Origin: a virus
Taxonomy: Duplodnaviria; Caudoviricetes
Direction: 5' to 3' (one strand)
DNA: 57,032 bases
Virus record (IMG/VR): IMGVR_UViG_3300017963_000310
Location: 1-57,032 of that record
Positions within the stretch are counted from its first letter, which is position 1; every line of letters starts with the position of its first letter. Both the position numbers and the translations under genes were made by a program. Positions 8,104-17,248 of this stretch are shown here, in pieces. The notes below the pieces were generated by a model. That model was not told the origin of the DNA and made no database searches. It worked only from the letters and a program-made list of their open reading frames with translations.

Positions 8104-8886
8104 TTACTGACGGCAGCTAAGCAGCAGGTCGTACAGCGTAGCGAGAGTATGCCCCTCTTCCACCTCGCCGGTCTCGGTGTTGGTCCCGGCTACGCGAAAG
8201 GTGGGGCCTATCTGCTGGGCGAACGCATGGCCGCGAGTCTTGGCCATGTAACCGCGGCGCTCGGTGGTTAAGACCATGCGCCGTCCATCCTTAACATACA
8301 CGTACCATACGAAATCGGCGAAGCCCGCCAGGCTGGTGCCCAGCTTACTGGTAAACAGTGGCACAACTTCGATAGGGTCGACGCCGGTCGTGTCTTCGAT
8401 GTTGGGCGGGTATATCTCTTTGGGTAGCGCTGTCATGATGACGTTGACGCGTAAGTCCCGGAACATCCGGCCCAGGCGGCGCAGCGCGGCGGTGTTGACC
8501 CCGTAGTCCTCCAGGTATATGTCGTTCGGCCCGCGGCGGGCGTCGGTGCGGGCTTTTTCCTCAGCGGTCTGGGCTAGCATGACGTTCTGCAGCTCTGTCC
8601 CGCTGTCGATCACTACGGTCTTGATCTGGCTATAGGGCTCCTCCTCGGCCTGGGCCAGCTTCCAAAAGATCTCCTCGACCGCGGCAGCGGTGGGAGTATC
8701 GGCGATCAGGATGTCGTCGCGGTGAGTCAACGATAGCATGCCCCCCTCGACGTTTAGGAACAGGACCTGGCGCATCGCCTCGTGGTCCCCTGCGGTGGCG
8801 GCCAAGCTGGTCTTACCGGCTCCGGCCTTGCCATACAGCAGCAGGTTAAACTGCCACGGTATGTTCGTACTACTATAGATCGTCAT
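8104..8886 (-). CDS. AAA_24 / Sak4-like ssDNA-annealing ATPase
   Basis: LLYGKAGAGKTS Walker A, TVVIDSGTELQ Walker B. Confidence 0.85.
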   Translation of the reverse strand: MTIYSSTNIPWQFNLLLYGKAGAGKTSLAATAGDHEAMRQVLFLNVEGGMLSLTHRDDILIADTPTAAAVEEIFWKLAQAEEEPYSQIKTVVIDSGTELQNVMLAQTAEEKARTDARRGPNDIYLEDYGVNTAALRRLGRMFRDLRVNVIMTALPKEIYPPNIEDTTGVDPIEVVPLFTSKLGTSLAGFADFVWYVYVKDGRRMVLTTERRGYMAKTRGHAFAQQIGPTFRVAGTNTETGEVEEGHTLATLYDLLLSCRQ

Positions 8887-9908
8887 GCATTAGCCTCTTC
8901 TCCGGGCCCAAAACCCGGCTTGTACTGGTACTCGGTCTGGAGCAGCCAGTCGGTGTCTTCGCCCCGGAGTTCAGCCAGGCAGAACTCGCGCACCAGGCAG
9001 CCCCGGCACTCCAGGCCGGTCATGTTGCGCCACGGGTGCATCTTGACCCGACCGATGGCCCAGGCGGCCCGCTGTACGATCTGCTTCCAGAAGGAAGCGA
9101 CGAGCTCGGGACTGCGATAGGCGAACAGCGGATCGAAGAACTTGTTATCGGCCAGTTTATCGGCCATGTCGACATAGTCAGCGGGGTCTAGGCCCGCAGC
9201 CAGTAGGGCCTCGCGATAGGTGGCCCAGTCGGTAATACAGGCGGCCCGGCTCATGCTGCCGTCTTTGTTACGCTTCGGCCAGCGCGGCGTCTCGGACCGT
9301 ATTTGAAACAGGCAGGTGCCGGTCGTTTCCACGCCGTTGCGCGTTAGCAGGTGCTGGTAGGCGGCCAGCTGCAGGTTGGTGTCTTCTGTCTCGGGACCCT
9401 GCAGCGCTTTGCGGGTTTTCCAGTCGACCAGCCACACTAGGCCGCTAGCTGGGTCGCGGGCCACCCAGTCGACTACACCCACGAAGCCCGCAAAGGGCGA
9501 CAGCGGGGCGCACAGCTTTTGCTCGACCAGGGGCAGCCGAACGCCGTCCGGGTCGGTAAACCATACCGTTTGCCAGCCGAGCTTGTTGATCTCGTCGATT
9601 GTGCGGTATACAATACCGATACTGAGCTCTAGTGCCTCATACCCTTCGGCCCGAGCGTCTACTGACAGCTGGCGGTCGTTAGCGTCTTGCTCCCAGCGGT
9701 GCCGCAGCGTGTCCTCAACCGGGCGATCTAGCAGGTGGGCGGCGATGCCCTGGTGTACGAAGCTGCCTAGGCGCATCGGCCCTGACACGGTGCGCCGTTG
9801 GATACCGCGCTTGTAGGCTAGCGCCCAGCGGTATGGGCAGGTAAAGCTTACGATCTGTGAATAACTAAGGTGGTGCTTTTGGGCCCACCAAGTGTTGTTT
9901 CGGGTCAT
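8883..9908 (-). CDS. PD-(D/E)XK Cas4/RecB-like exonuclease
   Basis: LSYSQ..CPYRW, LGSFVH, GVVD..LVDWKT, QLAAY, C-terminal CxxC..C cluster. Confidence 0.88.
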   Translation of the reverse strand: MTRNNTWWAQKHHLSYSQIVSFTCPYRWALAYKRGIQRRTVSGPMRLGSFVHQGIAAHLLDRPVEDTLRHRWEQDANDRQLSVDARAEGYEALELSIGIVYRTIDEINKLGWQTVWFTDPDGVRLPLVEQKLCAPLSPFAGFVGVVDWVARDPASGLVWLVDWKTRKALQGPETEDTNLQLAAYQHLLTRNGVETTGTCLFQIRSETPRWPKRNKDGSMSRAACITDWATYREALLAAGLDPADYVDMADKLADNKFFDPLFAYRSPELVASFWKQIVQRAAWAIGRVKMHPWRNMTGLECRGCLVREFCLAELRGEDTDWLLQTEYQYKPGFGPGEEANA

Positions 9909-9921
9909 GCGTTCGTCCTCC

Positions 9922-11841
9922 TTAAAACACGGGTTTGTCCCCGGCTAAGCTATACCGGAACTGGCTATCCTGGGTAACGGTGCCCTCTTGGCGTAAGGAG
10001 CGTAGGGCGCGGCTGATAGTAGTGCGGTGCACCTTGGTCTTGTTGGCTAAGTCGGCGGCCCGTAGTGGCTGCTCGGCCTGCAGCAGGCGGGTGATTTCAG
10101 CCTCTAGGCCCTGGTCGGGGCCGGTCTCGTCTTCGTCTTCCTCGATGTAGACGTTATAACGGGTGATGTCGGCGTCCTCCTTGCGGATGTCAAAAACCAT
10201 CTGCACGGGTGGTGGCTGGCCTGCGCCCTTGAAGTAGCGCGCTAGCCGGACCTTGCCGGTCTCCTCGTCCGGGTACAGCTGCCATTGTGTCTCGCTGGCG
10301 GCATTTAGGAACTGGCTGCCCCAGCCGCGTTCGCGACCCTCGGTATCGCCTTTCTTGCTATGGTGCACGATTACAAAGCCAACCTGGTACACCTCGCGCA
10401 ATCGTTTGAGCTTGCTAAGCTCTTGGGCGGTGTCGGCCAGGTATCCGTCTAGCTCTCCCCCGGCTACGTATAGTGGATCAATCACCACCAGCACCGGCTT
10501 GATGCGCCGGATTTGCTCCTCTAAGGCCCCTAGCGACCCGTCATGGTTAAGCTGCAGCTCGTTGGCGGGGTGCACGTACAACGGAACGTGCTCGGGTAGA
10601 TTAAACTGCCAGGCGTTTGGTGCGCCTTGTTCATCGCGCTCTAGCACTTCAATCATCGGCTGGTCGCCGTGGACCTTAGGGTGTTGGACGATGACCAGGC
10701 GCTCGGCGGTGGTCTGCCGGGCGTCTTCTTGTTGGTACAGTAGCACCGGGCCTTGCCGATTGACCCTCTCTCCGAGGTAGGTGTAGCCCCCGGCCACCGC
10801 CATAGCCAGGTCCAGCCCCATCCAGGTTTTGTGGCTGCCGGGCGGCCCGACGATGAAATGTAGCGAGTTGTCTGGCAGCCAGCCGTCGACCAGCCAAGTA
10901 ACGCCGGTCCCGGCATACTGTAGGGCATATGACCCGTACAGCTGCATCTCCATCGATCGTTGGGCTGGGTCGTCAAAAGCGGCAATCACCCCGGTAGCTT
11001 GCTCGGTGATATCGACCTCGTAGCGTTCGAGAAACTCGCTTTCGCCCTCCACCGCGCGGGGCGCGGCAGGCGGCGGTTGACGACGGGCGGCGGTGCGGTA
11101 TACCGAGGACACGGTACGATCGACATCCTCACGGGTCATAGGCGGGCGGTTGTGCAAGTTCCAGTTTTGCAGCAGGCCCTGGGCGATGTCTTCGGCTATC
11201 CGGTGCCCATAGAAGAACCCGGCTAGGCCCGCACAGGTCGAGTTGCGCTCTCCGCGCGCCACGCCGTGCTGGAGCTTATGGGCGATCCAGTGCTGGCCCT
11301 TGTTAGCTGCGATAGTGGGCTGGTCCAGCACCCAGGCCGGACAGGTCCCCCGGGTGCCGCTCTGGTGGTAGCTGTACAGCGTGCCGCTCTCGTGTACGCT
11401 AGGTGGCATGACGGCGACGCCACCATCGGCGCGTATGTCAATGCCGTCATCGCCCACACGGTTTGGCACCAACTCTTGGTCGGGCGGGTATTCGTAGTGC
11501 AGATGGTAGCCTCGCCCGGTTTTTACAATACGGGACGTCGGACCGCGTTCTAGCGCTTGGTCTAGTCCCTCGGCATGATCAACGTCCACCACCACGACCC
11601 CAGAGATCCGGCCTGTCACGATGCCCAGATTGGCCTCAGGCCACTTGGTCCACCAGGCGCGGATCTGGTCCGGCCCGGCCCGCTGTTGTTGCTGGGGGAG
11701 CCAGTTGATCATAGGCTCTTTGCCCCGGGGTTCGAGCGGGACAACAGAACAGCCCTGCTCGTGCAGCCGCAGCGCGGCGGCTAGAAGCGGGGCAGTTTGT
11801 TCTCCGGTCGTGGGAGCGGGTTGATTAGACTCGGCGATCAT
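9922..11841 (-). CDS. Bifunctional primase-polymerase + PriCT + AAA_25/RecA-like helicase + C-terminal HTH
   Basis: ANLGIVTG..VVVDVD, GYHLHY, DIRADGG..PPSVH; GERN; GPPGSHKT, LVVIDP, IVHHSKK; terminal HTH. Confidence 0.9.
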   Translation of the reverse strand: MIAESNQPAPTTGEQTAPLLAAALRLHEQGCSVVPLEPRGKEPMINWLPQQQQRAGPDQIRAWWTKWPEANLGIVTGRISGVVVVDVDHAEGLDQALERGPTSRIVKTGRGYHLHYEYPPDQELVPNRVGDDGIDIRADGGVAVMPPSVHESGTLYSYHQSGTRGTCPAWVLDQPTIAANKGQHWIAHKLQHGVARGERNSTCAGLAGFFYGHRIAEDIAQGLLQNWNLHNRPPMTREDVDRTVSSVYRTAARRQPPPAAPRAVEGESEFLERYEVDITEQATGVIAAFDDPAQRSMEMQLYGSYALQYAGTGVTWLVDGWLPDNSLHFIVGPPGSHKTWMGLDLAMAVAGGYTYLGERVNRQGPVLLYQQEDARQTTAERLVIVQHPKVHGDQPMIEVLERDEQGAPNAWQFNLPEHVPLYVHPANELQLNHDGSLGALEEQIRRIKPVLVVIDPLYVAGGELDGYLADTAQELSKLKRLREVYQVGFVIVHHSKKGDTEGRERGWGSQFLNAASETQWQLYPDEETGKVRLARYFKGAGQPPPVQMVFDIRKEDADITRYNVYIEEDEDETGPDQGLEAEITRLLQAEQPLRAADLANKTKVHRTTISRALRSLRQEGTVTQDSQFRYSLAGDKPVF

Positions 11842-12044
11842 TCCTCTAGCGAGAAGATCGTGGTAAGCGGCACGTTGTATAGTGCGGCGTAGCGCAGGGC
11901 GGTAGCCAGGCTGACCCCGATCTTGTTGTTCTCGTGCTTCGAAATCTGACTGACAGCCAGCCCGGTGAGCTCGGCTACTTGTCGTTGACTATACCCAGCC
12001 TGGCGGCGGGCCTCAGCTAGTCCGGTAACAGTGACCTTTTCCAC
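11838..12044 (-). CDS. XRE-family HTH transcriptional regulator
   Basis: LAEARRQAGYSQRQVAELTGLAVSQISKHEN; GTG at 12044 with AAGGAG RBS. Confidence 0.88.
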   Translation of the reverse strand: MEKVTVTGLAEARRQAGYSQRQVAELTGLAVSQISKHENNKIGVSLATALRYAALYNVPLTTIFSLEE

Positions 12045-12084
12045 GTGGTACTCCTTGTTAGCTGCAAGCGGTCGGTGCTTTTCC

Positions 12085-12127
12085 ATTAAAACACGGGGCA
12101 GGCCCGCTGTCAACAGTACCTCGGTAA
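12085..12127 (-). promoter_or_regulatory. Promoter TTGACA-17-TTTAAT with imperfect GTAC-N4-GTAA operator, driving XRE/replication operon
   Basis: -35 at 12108-12113, -10 at 12085-12090, GTAC-CTCG-GTAA at 12116-12127. Confidence 0.75.
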
Positions 12128-12153
12128 AGTTGACGGCAGGCCCTAGATGGTGG

Positions 12154-13170
12154 CTACTCCAGCCGGTCGGAGGCGGCCCCCGGTGTGATACCAGAGCGGA
12201 AATCGGCGTTATCCCCGGCTTCTCGCCCTTTGCGGGCGGCTTGTAGGCTGTAGCCGCCCTTGGTCGACCCGTTGATGGGTCGGCTGCGAACCTTGGTGTT
12301 GAAGGCCTCGGCCACGCGATCGTGCGCGTCCTGCTGGGGAATGACCACCAGCGCGGTCTCCTGCGCGTGTCGGCCTGCGATCCGGTCGGCCCGTTCGCGC
12401 AGGCGGCGGGCGGCGGCCACCAAGAAGGTCTTTTTCCAGGCCATGCCGTCTACGCCCTTGTTGGGGGTCTCGGCGGCGGCCAGCTGGTAAGCGGCCTGCA
12501 GCTGTTCCAGCAAGCTGGTCATCATCACACAGGCGGCCTGCACGCTGACCTCTTCGCCCACGAATAGCGAGTGGGTGTTGCCCATGGTGTAGCCGTGCGT
12601 CAGAGTGACGCTGGCCACCGCCTGGGTAAGGTGTGCGCGCCAGGCGCTCTGTTCCCAGTATCGGCCCGTCAGGACCATGTCGTGCGTGATGATCACAGCC
12701 TGCACGCCCTCGCTGCGTCGGACCTCGGCCAGCGTCAAGCTGTAGCGGGCCAACAGCATGTGCACCCGGTCCCAGGCCAACTCACGTTCGGGGTCGCCGG
12801 TGTTGGGATGTTCGGCCAACGCTACCAGCTTCTCGATGCGGGCCAAGATGTGTTCGGGCGTGACGACCTTTTCGTCGGGCGTATCGTTGACTTCGGGCGC
12901 GGGGGCGGCTGACTGGGCCCCGGAGCGGTACAGAACCCGGATGTAGGACCGAGTGCGCTCCAAGACTTCATAGTGGCAGGGCTGCCCGGCGATGGCCAGG
13001 GCCCGGTCCACCTCGGCCAACAGGTTATCCAGGTGCGCGTTGCTGATGCCGACGCGGCCAAAGATCACCACGGCACCCTGAGAGTGGCTCTCGAGCGCGG
13101 TGCTCTTGAACCGGTCTTCGAAGTCCCGCAGGACCTCCTGCAGTCGTGTTTCGAGCGGCGTGCTGTTCAT
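12154..13170 (-). CDS. DUF2786-domain protein
   Basis: ILARIEKLVALAEHPNT..ERELA..LLARYSL; C-term AARKGREAG. Confidence 0.75.
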   Translation of the reverse strand: MNSTPLETRLQEVLRDFEDRFKSTALESHSQGAVVIFGRVGISNAHLDNLLAEVDRALAIAGQPCHYEVLERTRSYIRVLYRSGAQSAAPAPEVNDTPDEKVVTPEHILARIEKLVALAEHPNTGDPERELAWDRVHMLLARYSLTLAEVRRSEGVQAVIITHDMVLTGRYWEQSAWRAHLTQAVASVTLTHGYTMGNTHSLFVGEEVSVQAACVMMTSLLEQLQAAYQLAAAETPNKGVDGMAWKKTFLVAAARRLRERADRIAGRHAQETALVVIPQQDAHDRVAEAFNTKVRSRPINGSTKGGYSLQAARKGREAGDNADFRSGITPGAASDRLE

Positions 13171-13186
13171 GGGGTCCCTCCTGGGA

Positions 13187-13483
13187 CTAAGTCGTGCTAG
13201 GCTTAAGGTGTTGGATACGGCGGCGGTGGCTGCGCGGTATGTTGGTGCGCCAGGTCTGCCGATGGCGACGGATCTTTTTGGACACGTCCCGCAGCGGCGG
13301 CGGGTCGGGCGTCACGAGGACGTCCTCTACTGTGCGGGCAAAGGCGCGCGGGTTGTGCGCCTTGCGCCACCATTCCCCCTCTTGACGGCGCACAGCCTGG
13401 CGCTCGGCGATGCGCATTTCGCGGGTGTACCACCACTTGCCGGTGTTACGCTTCTTGAAGGTCTTGTCGTAGTAGTGTGCCAT
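13187..13483 (-). CDS. Small Arg/Lys-rich hypothetical protein
   Basis: 98-aa ORF with CCCAGGAGGG RBS. Confidence 0.65.
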   Translation of the reverse strand: MAHYYDKTFKKRNTGKWWYTREMRIAERQAVRRQEGEWWRKAHNPRAFARTVEDVLVTPDPPPLRDVSKKIRRHRQTWRTNIPRSHRRRIQHLKPSTT

Positions 13484-13539
13484 CGTGCGCCCTCCTGGGC
13501 TGTGAGAGGGCCCCGCAGGGCCCCGGGCGGTTGGGCGCG

Positions 13540-14013
13540 TTAGCTAGGCAGCTGCGCCCGGTACTTCACGAGAATGTTGCTGGGCGTCCAGGCGAGATCA
13601 CCTACCTGGACCAGGCGCTGGTCGGCGTTCAGCTGCTCCATGATCGCTTCGTCATACACGTAGAACGCGATCACATCGCCCTCGACGGTCATAAAATCGA
13701 GCTCGGGGGCCAGGCTGGTCAAGTGCTCCAGCGATTGGCGGCGGGCCTTGGCGATGCTGTCGGGGCTGGTGCTGCCACCTGTCAAGCGTAGCGCGTACTC
13801 CCACGCGATCTGATCGGCATATGTTTCGGCGGGAGTGAAGGGGCGCACCAACGAGGCAGCGGCTTTGGTGTGGTACTTCATCTTAGGGCTGTTGCCCAGG
13901 ATGATGCTGTCTTCGTGCGTGGTAATGAACCAGGCTGTTTGTGGCGGGCGTCCACGGCGGGTGAACTTGACCTGGGTGCCGGGTTCGAGCTTGCGGGCTT
14001 CGTTGATATCCAT
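13540..14013 (-). CDS. Hypothetical early protein
   Basis: Start MDINEARK with CCCAGGAGGG RBS, directly below promoter at 14051. Confidence 0.7.
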   Translation of the reverse strand: MDINEARKLEPGTQVKFTRRGRPPQTAWFITTHEDSIILGNSPKMKYHTKAAASLVRPFTPAETYADQIAWEYALRLTGGSTSPDSIAKARRQSLEHLTSLAPELDFMTVEGDVIAFYVYDEAIMEQLNADQRLVQVGDLAWTPSNILVKYRAQLPS

Positions 14014-14050
14014 TGGGGGCCCTCCTGGGCTAGTGTTTGATCGTACTTCT

Positions 14051-14096
14051 ATTATACCACACTTTGAGCCTCGTGTCAATAGTACTCTGGTACTAT
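14051..14096 (-). promoter_or_regulatory. Repeated early promoter P1: TTGACA-17-TATAAT plus operator ATAGTAC-N4-GTACTAT
   Basis: -10 at 14051-56, -35 at 14074-79, palindrome 14079-14096. Confidence 0.9.
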
Positions 14097-14130
14097 ATTG
14101 AGTCGGGGGCCCGGGCGGGCCCCCATGGGC

Positions 14131-14535
14131 TTACTCGTGAAGCCAGTTGTCAACCACGGGATACAGGATCAGCAGATCGCCGTCCTGGGTCTGGGCCAAG
14201 ATCGGCCAGGTGATCGGGTAGAAGGAGTCACGGAACGGCTCACCCCACTCGACCGCGGCGCGGTCCAGATAGTGTTGGTAGCTGGCTTGGGTCATATAGG
14301 CGACCTTGTGATGACCGTCGTAACCACCGCAGCCCGTCAGCTGGAACTCGTCCAGCAGATAGCTATCGTAAACGTGGTCATCCCACCAGGGCACCACAGG
14401 GGCCGCGGTGGCTGGCACTGGGCCCGCCTGGGCGGCGGTCTGGGCGGCTTGGACTGTGGCGCAGCCCGGGCACAGGTCATCGCCCGGGTCGGGCACACCA
14501 CAACGTGCGCAAACGGGGGAATACGGCTTGATCAT
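14131..14535 (-). CDS. Hypothetical protein with N-terminal CxxC..CxxC
   Basis: CARC..LCPGC; CAGGAGG RBS. Confidence 0.65.
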   Translation of the reverse strand: MIKPYSPVCARCGVPDPGDDLCPGCATVQAAQTAAQAGPVPATAAPVVPWWDDHVYDSYLLDEFQLTGCGGYDGHHKVAYMTQASYQHYLDRAAVEWGEPFRDSFYPITWPILAQTQDGDLLILYPVVDNWLHE

Positions 14536-14576
14536 GATGGACCTCCTGGGTCACATGTGTACGGATCGATGCTCCT

Positions 14577-14622
14577 ATTAAATCACGTCCCGGGCAGCCT
14601 GTCAATGGTACCGCGGTACCAT
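14577..14622 (-). promoter_or_regulatory. Promoter TTGACA-17-TTTAAT with operator ATGGTAC-CGCG-GTACCAT
   Basis: -10 at 14577-82, -35 at 14600-05, palindrome 14605-14622. Confidence 0.8.
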
Positions 14623-14626
14623 GCGC

Positions 14627-14968
14627 TTACGCCATCAGGCTAACGACGCCGGACAGGATGAAGAGCGCAGCGCTGAGCAGACCAGGGTTGGGCATCAGAT
14701 CGATGCTCTTGCGGGCGGCGGCACGCGCAGCGCGGGCGGTGGGGTTGATGCCCAGCATTCGCACGGCGGCGTCGGCGGCTTGAGTCCAGTCGGCGGCGGG
14801 GATGGCCAGGCGCTGGCCGGTGCTCTCGCAGATCACGACCAGATAGCGGCGGCTGCGGGACAGGCCGACGATGACCTCATCCTGATCGCCAACCAGGACC
14901 ATGCCGTCCTGTACGCGGGCGCTGGTGTGCTTGCTGACTGCTTGGGCGAACTCTTGCGGGCTGCTCAT
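14627..14968 (-). CDS. Hypothetical protein with C-terminal TM segment
   Basis: Start MSSPQEF with CCCAGGAGGG RBS. Confidence 0.65.
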   Translation of the reverse strand: MSSPQEFAQAVSKHTSARVQDGMVLVGDQDEVIVGLSRSRRYLVVICESTGQRLAIPAADWTQAADAAVRMLGINPTARAARAAARKSIDLMPNPGLLSAALFILSGVVSLMA

Positions 14969-15022
14969 CGGGTGCCCTCCTGGGCTATTGATGCGGGCGG
15001 CGGTGCCCTCATCTCTACTTCT

Positions 15023-15068
15023 ATTATACCACATCTTGAGCCTCGTGTCAATAGTACTCTGGTACTAT
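15023..15068 (-). promoter_or_regulatory. Repeated early promoter P2 plus operator
   Basis: -10 at 15023-28, -35 at 15046-51, palindrome 15051-15068. Confidence 0.9.
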
Positions 15069-15072
15069 ATGG

Positions 15073-15103
15073 CCCAAGACCCCTAAAGCTTAGGGGTCTT
15101 GGG
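15073..15103. other. Perfect 13-bp-stem hairpin, related to hairpins at 16.3 kb
   Basis: CCCAAGACCCCTA-AAGCT-TAGGGGTCTTGGG. Confidence 0.6.
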
Positions 15104-15216
15104 GGCAGCCCTCCGGAGCCCTCCGAAGGGCCACGGAGAGGCGGGCCCGCTGCGGGGCCTCGGGCCCGTGCCATGCGGCTCTGGGCCCGAGGCGGGCTTC
15201 CGGTGAGCTCCGGGAC

Positions 15217-15921
15217 CTATTCCAGCCGGAGCGCTAAGCGTAGGACCTTAACCCGGACGGAGTAGCAGCGGGCGGCTGCCGAGAACACCTGTTCCACCGT
15301 GAGCTCGTTGTTGGCGAAGAGCTCACCGCCCTCGGCCTTGACCTTGGCCCGGGCCCACTCCAGCAACCGGTTTTCGGCCCGTACCAGGGCGCAGAACGCG
15401 CTATCGGTGATGCCCTCTTCCAGCTCGTCGATCATGCTGGAGCCCTCGCTGTAGCTGATGGCTTCCTGGCCTACGGCTTCGTACACCGGCTTGGCCAACC
15501 AGTCGGCGATGTCCTTAGTGCGTTTGTACAGCGCGGCGGCTTGGCGGTACGCGGCTTTGACGTCGGTGACTGCGGCAGCCTGGGTGGCTGGCCCCAGGTC
15601 GACGATGGTGATCGGGCCGAATGGTCCGGGCAGCCCAGCGGCGTTAAGCAGGTCGAAGATTTCGTAATCGTCGAGCTCGTCGCTGCCATAAGCTTCGCGG
15701 ATAGTCCACTCGATGTTGTCGGCCAGCACGGTGACCTGCCCGTTGCCGGTGTCGACCATGGCCCGCATCAGGTCGCCTGCTGTCTCGCTGTTGTCCAGGT
15801 CCAGCACGCGGTTGTCGCTAACGAATAGGGCGGTGGGGTCGACGGGTTCGCCCCCAAGCGTCCACAGGATCAGCGCGGCGTGTCGGCGTTCGATCTGTCG
15901 TTCAAAGGCGTTGACGTCCAT
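15217..15921 (-). CDS. Hypothetical acidic early protein
   Basis: 234-aa ORF with CCCAGGAGGG RBS. Confidence 0.7.
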   Translation of the reverse strand: MDVNAFERQIERRHAALILWTLGGEPVDPTALFVSDNRVLDLDNSETAGDLMRAMVDTGNGQVTVLADNIEWTIREAYGSDELDDYEIFDLLNAAGLPGPFGPITIVDLGPATQAAAVTDVKAAYRQAAALYKRTKDIADWLAKPVYEAVGQEAISYSEGSSMIDELEEGITDSAFCALVRAENRLLEWARAKVKAEGGELFANNELTVEQVFSAAARCYSVRVKVLRLALRLE

Positions 15922-15978
15922 AGTATTGCCCTCCTGGGGCTGTGGGGCCCGATGTGGGCCCCGGCTATTGATGGTGGC

Positions 15979-16191
15979 TTACCCGGCGGCTGCGATCCTC
16001 CAGAACCACTCCAGCAGCTCGTCCATGCCCTCGTCGTCCAGGATCATCTGGGCTGCCTGGTACAGGGCGCTGGACTTGTCCAGCTCGGAGAGGAAGAACT
16101 CGGCCATACGACGGGCCTTGGCGGGGGAGCTCATGTGGGCGATCCGTTGGATCATAAGCTTCTGTCCGTTGGTGATCTTGATCTCGTTCAT
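15979..16191 (-). CDS. Small hypothetical early protein
   Basis: 70-aa ORF with CCCAGGAGGG RBS below P3. Confidence 0.7.
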   Translation of the reverse strand: MNEIKITNGQKLMIQRIAHMSSPAKARRMAEFFLSELDKSSALYQAAQMILDDEGMDELLEWFWRIAAAG

Positions 16192-16247
16192 CTGTTGTGC
16201 CCTCCTGGGCTGGCGACGAGAGCGGTGTTGCCCTCATCTCTACTTCT

Positions 16248-16276
16248 ATTATACCACATCTTGAGCCTCGTGTCAA
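16248..16276 (-). promoter_or_regulatory. Repeated early promoter P3, lacking the operator
   Basis: -10 at 16248-53, -35 at 16271-76; upstream sequence is CCCCTA..TAGGGG hairpin repeats instead. Confidence 0.88.
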
Positions 16277-16361
16277 TCCCCAATCTTTAGGGGGTCGGCG
16301 CAAGACCCCTAAGCTTTAGGGGGTTGACCTCCTAAAGCCTGGGGGGTTGACCTCCTAAGCC

Positions 16362-16673
16362 TTAGGGGGCTAGCAGGTCGTCCAGGTCGGGCATGCCTCG
16401 CGGGACCCAGTACAGCAGCATAGTGCAGTCAGTCTCGCCACGCAGCTCGGCGGGCAAGCTGTCCAGGATCGATAGGTAGGTCTGGGTGTTGGGGTGGTAG
16501 GCTTCGGTGCCGCCAGCGGCGGTCAAGCCAGCCGCTAGGGCTTCCAGGCTTACAATGGCGGTGGGCAGCTGGTAGCCCTCGTTGAACACGCCATCGGGCG
16601 TGCCGCGGGCGATGTAGACTTCGCTCTCGGGGTCCATGGCTTGCAGTGCGGTGATCAGCTCTTTAACCTTCAT
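16362..16673 (-). CDS. Hypothetical protein (MKVKELI..L..MDPE motif)
   Basis: Common small phage protein N-terminus; CCCAGGAGGG RBS. Confidence 0.7.
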   Translation of the reverse strand: MKVKELITALQAMDPESEVYIARGTPDGVFNEGYQLPTAIVSLEALAAGLTAAGGTEAYHPNTQTYLSILDSLPAELRGETDCTMLLYWVPRGMPDLDDLLAP

Positions 16674-16750
16674 GGTGTGCCCTCCTGGGCTCGGGGCTTG
16701 CGCCCTCGATGTGATAGGGGTGCCCGGGGCTTGCGCCCCGGGCGGCTGCC

Positions 16751-16945
16751 CTAGGGCAGCCATTCGTGCTTGTACGGCGAGAAGACTTTGGTCATGCTGG
16801 TCATGCCGGACACCAGGTAGCGGAAAAAGCCAGGGCCGGTGCTGTCAGTGTCAGTCACCACGACCAACGTCCAGGACTTGGTGCCCTTTTCGCGGACCAG
16901 GATCACCTGGCCAACTCGGGGGGTGCGCTTGCGGGTGTTGCTCAT
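16751..16945 (-). CDS. Small beta-rich protein, paralog of 17035..17241
   Basis: QVILVREKG..W.LVVV..D..G.GFFRYLVSG; CCCAGGAGGG RBS. Confidence 0.7.
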   Translation of the reverse strand: MSNTRKRTPRVGQVILVREKGTKSWTLVVVTDTDSTGPGFFRYLVSGMTSMTKVFSPYKHEWLP

Positions 16946-16987
16946 CGTGTGCCCTCCTGGGCTGCTAGTGCGCTCAACTATACTTCT

Positions 16988-17033
16988 ATTATACCACACC
17001 TTGGGCTTCGTGTCAATAGTACTCTGGTACTAT
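16988..17033 (-). promoter_or_regulatory. Repeated early promoter P4 plus operator
   Basis: -10 at 16988-93, -35 at 17011-16, palindrome 17016-17033. Confidence 0.9.
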
Positions 17034-17034
17034 G

Positions 17035-17241
17035 TCACTCGTTCGACATGAAAACCGGCCCGTGGCGTAGGTCCTTCCACTCCATCAGGCCGGGCACGAA
17101 CGTGCGCTCCTCGGGCTGGGCTCCTAGCACCCGGTACCGGAACCAGCCGTCCGGGTCCACGTGCACGACCAGGACCAGGTCCCACAGGATGCGGCCCTGA
17201 TCGCGCACGAAGATCACCTGGTACTGCTGCAGCGTGTCCAT
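17035..17241 (-). CDS. Small beta-rich protein, paralog of 16751..16945
   Basis: QVIFVRDQG..W.LVLV..DPDGWFRYRVLG; GAGG RBS. Confidence 0.65.
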   Translation of the reverse strand: MDTLQQYQVIFVRDQGRILWDLVLVVHVDPDGWFRYRVLGAQPEERTFVPGLMEWKDLRHGPVFMSNE

Positions 17242-17248
17242 GGCGGCC

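Noticed and set aside
8883-9908. Cas4 of a CRISPR system
   Set aside because: Its context is the Sak4/SSB recombination module, typical of stand-alone phage exonucleases.
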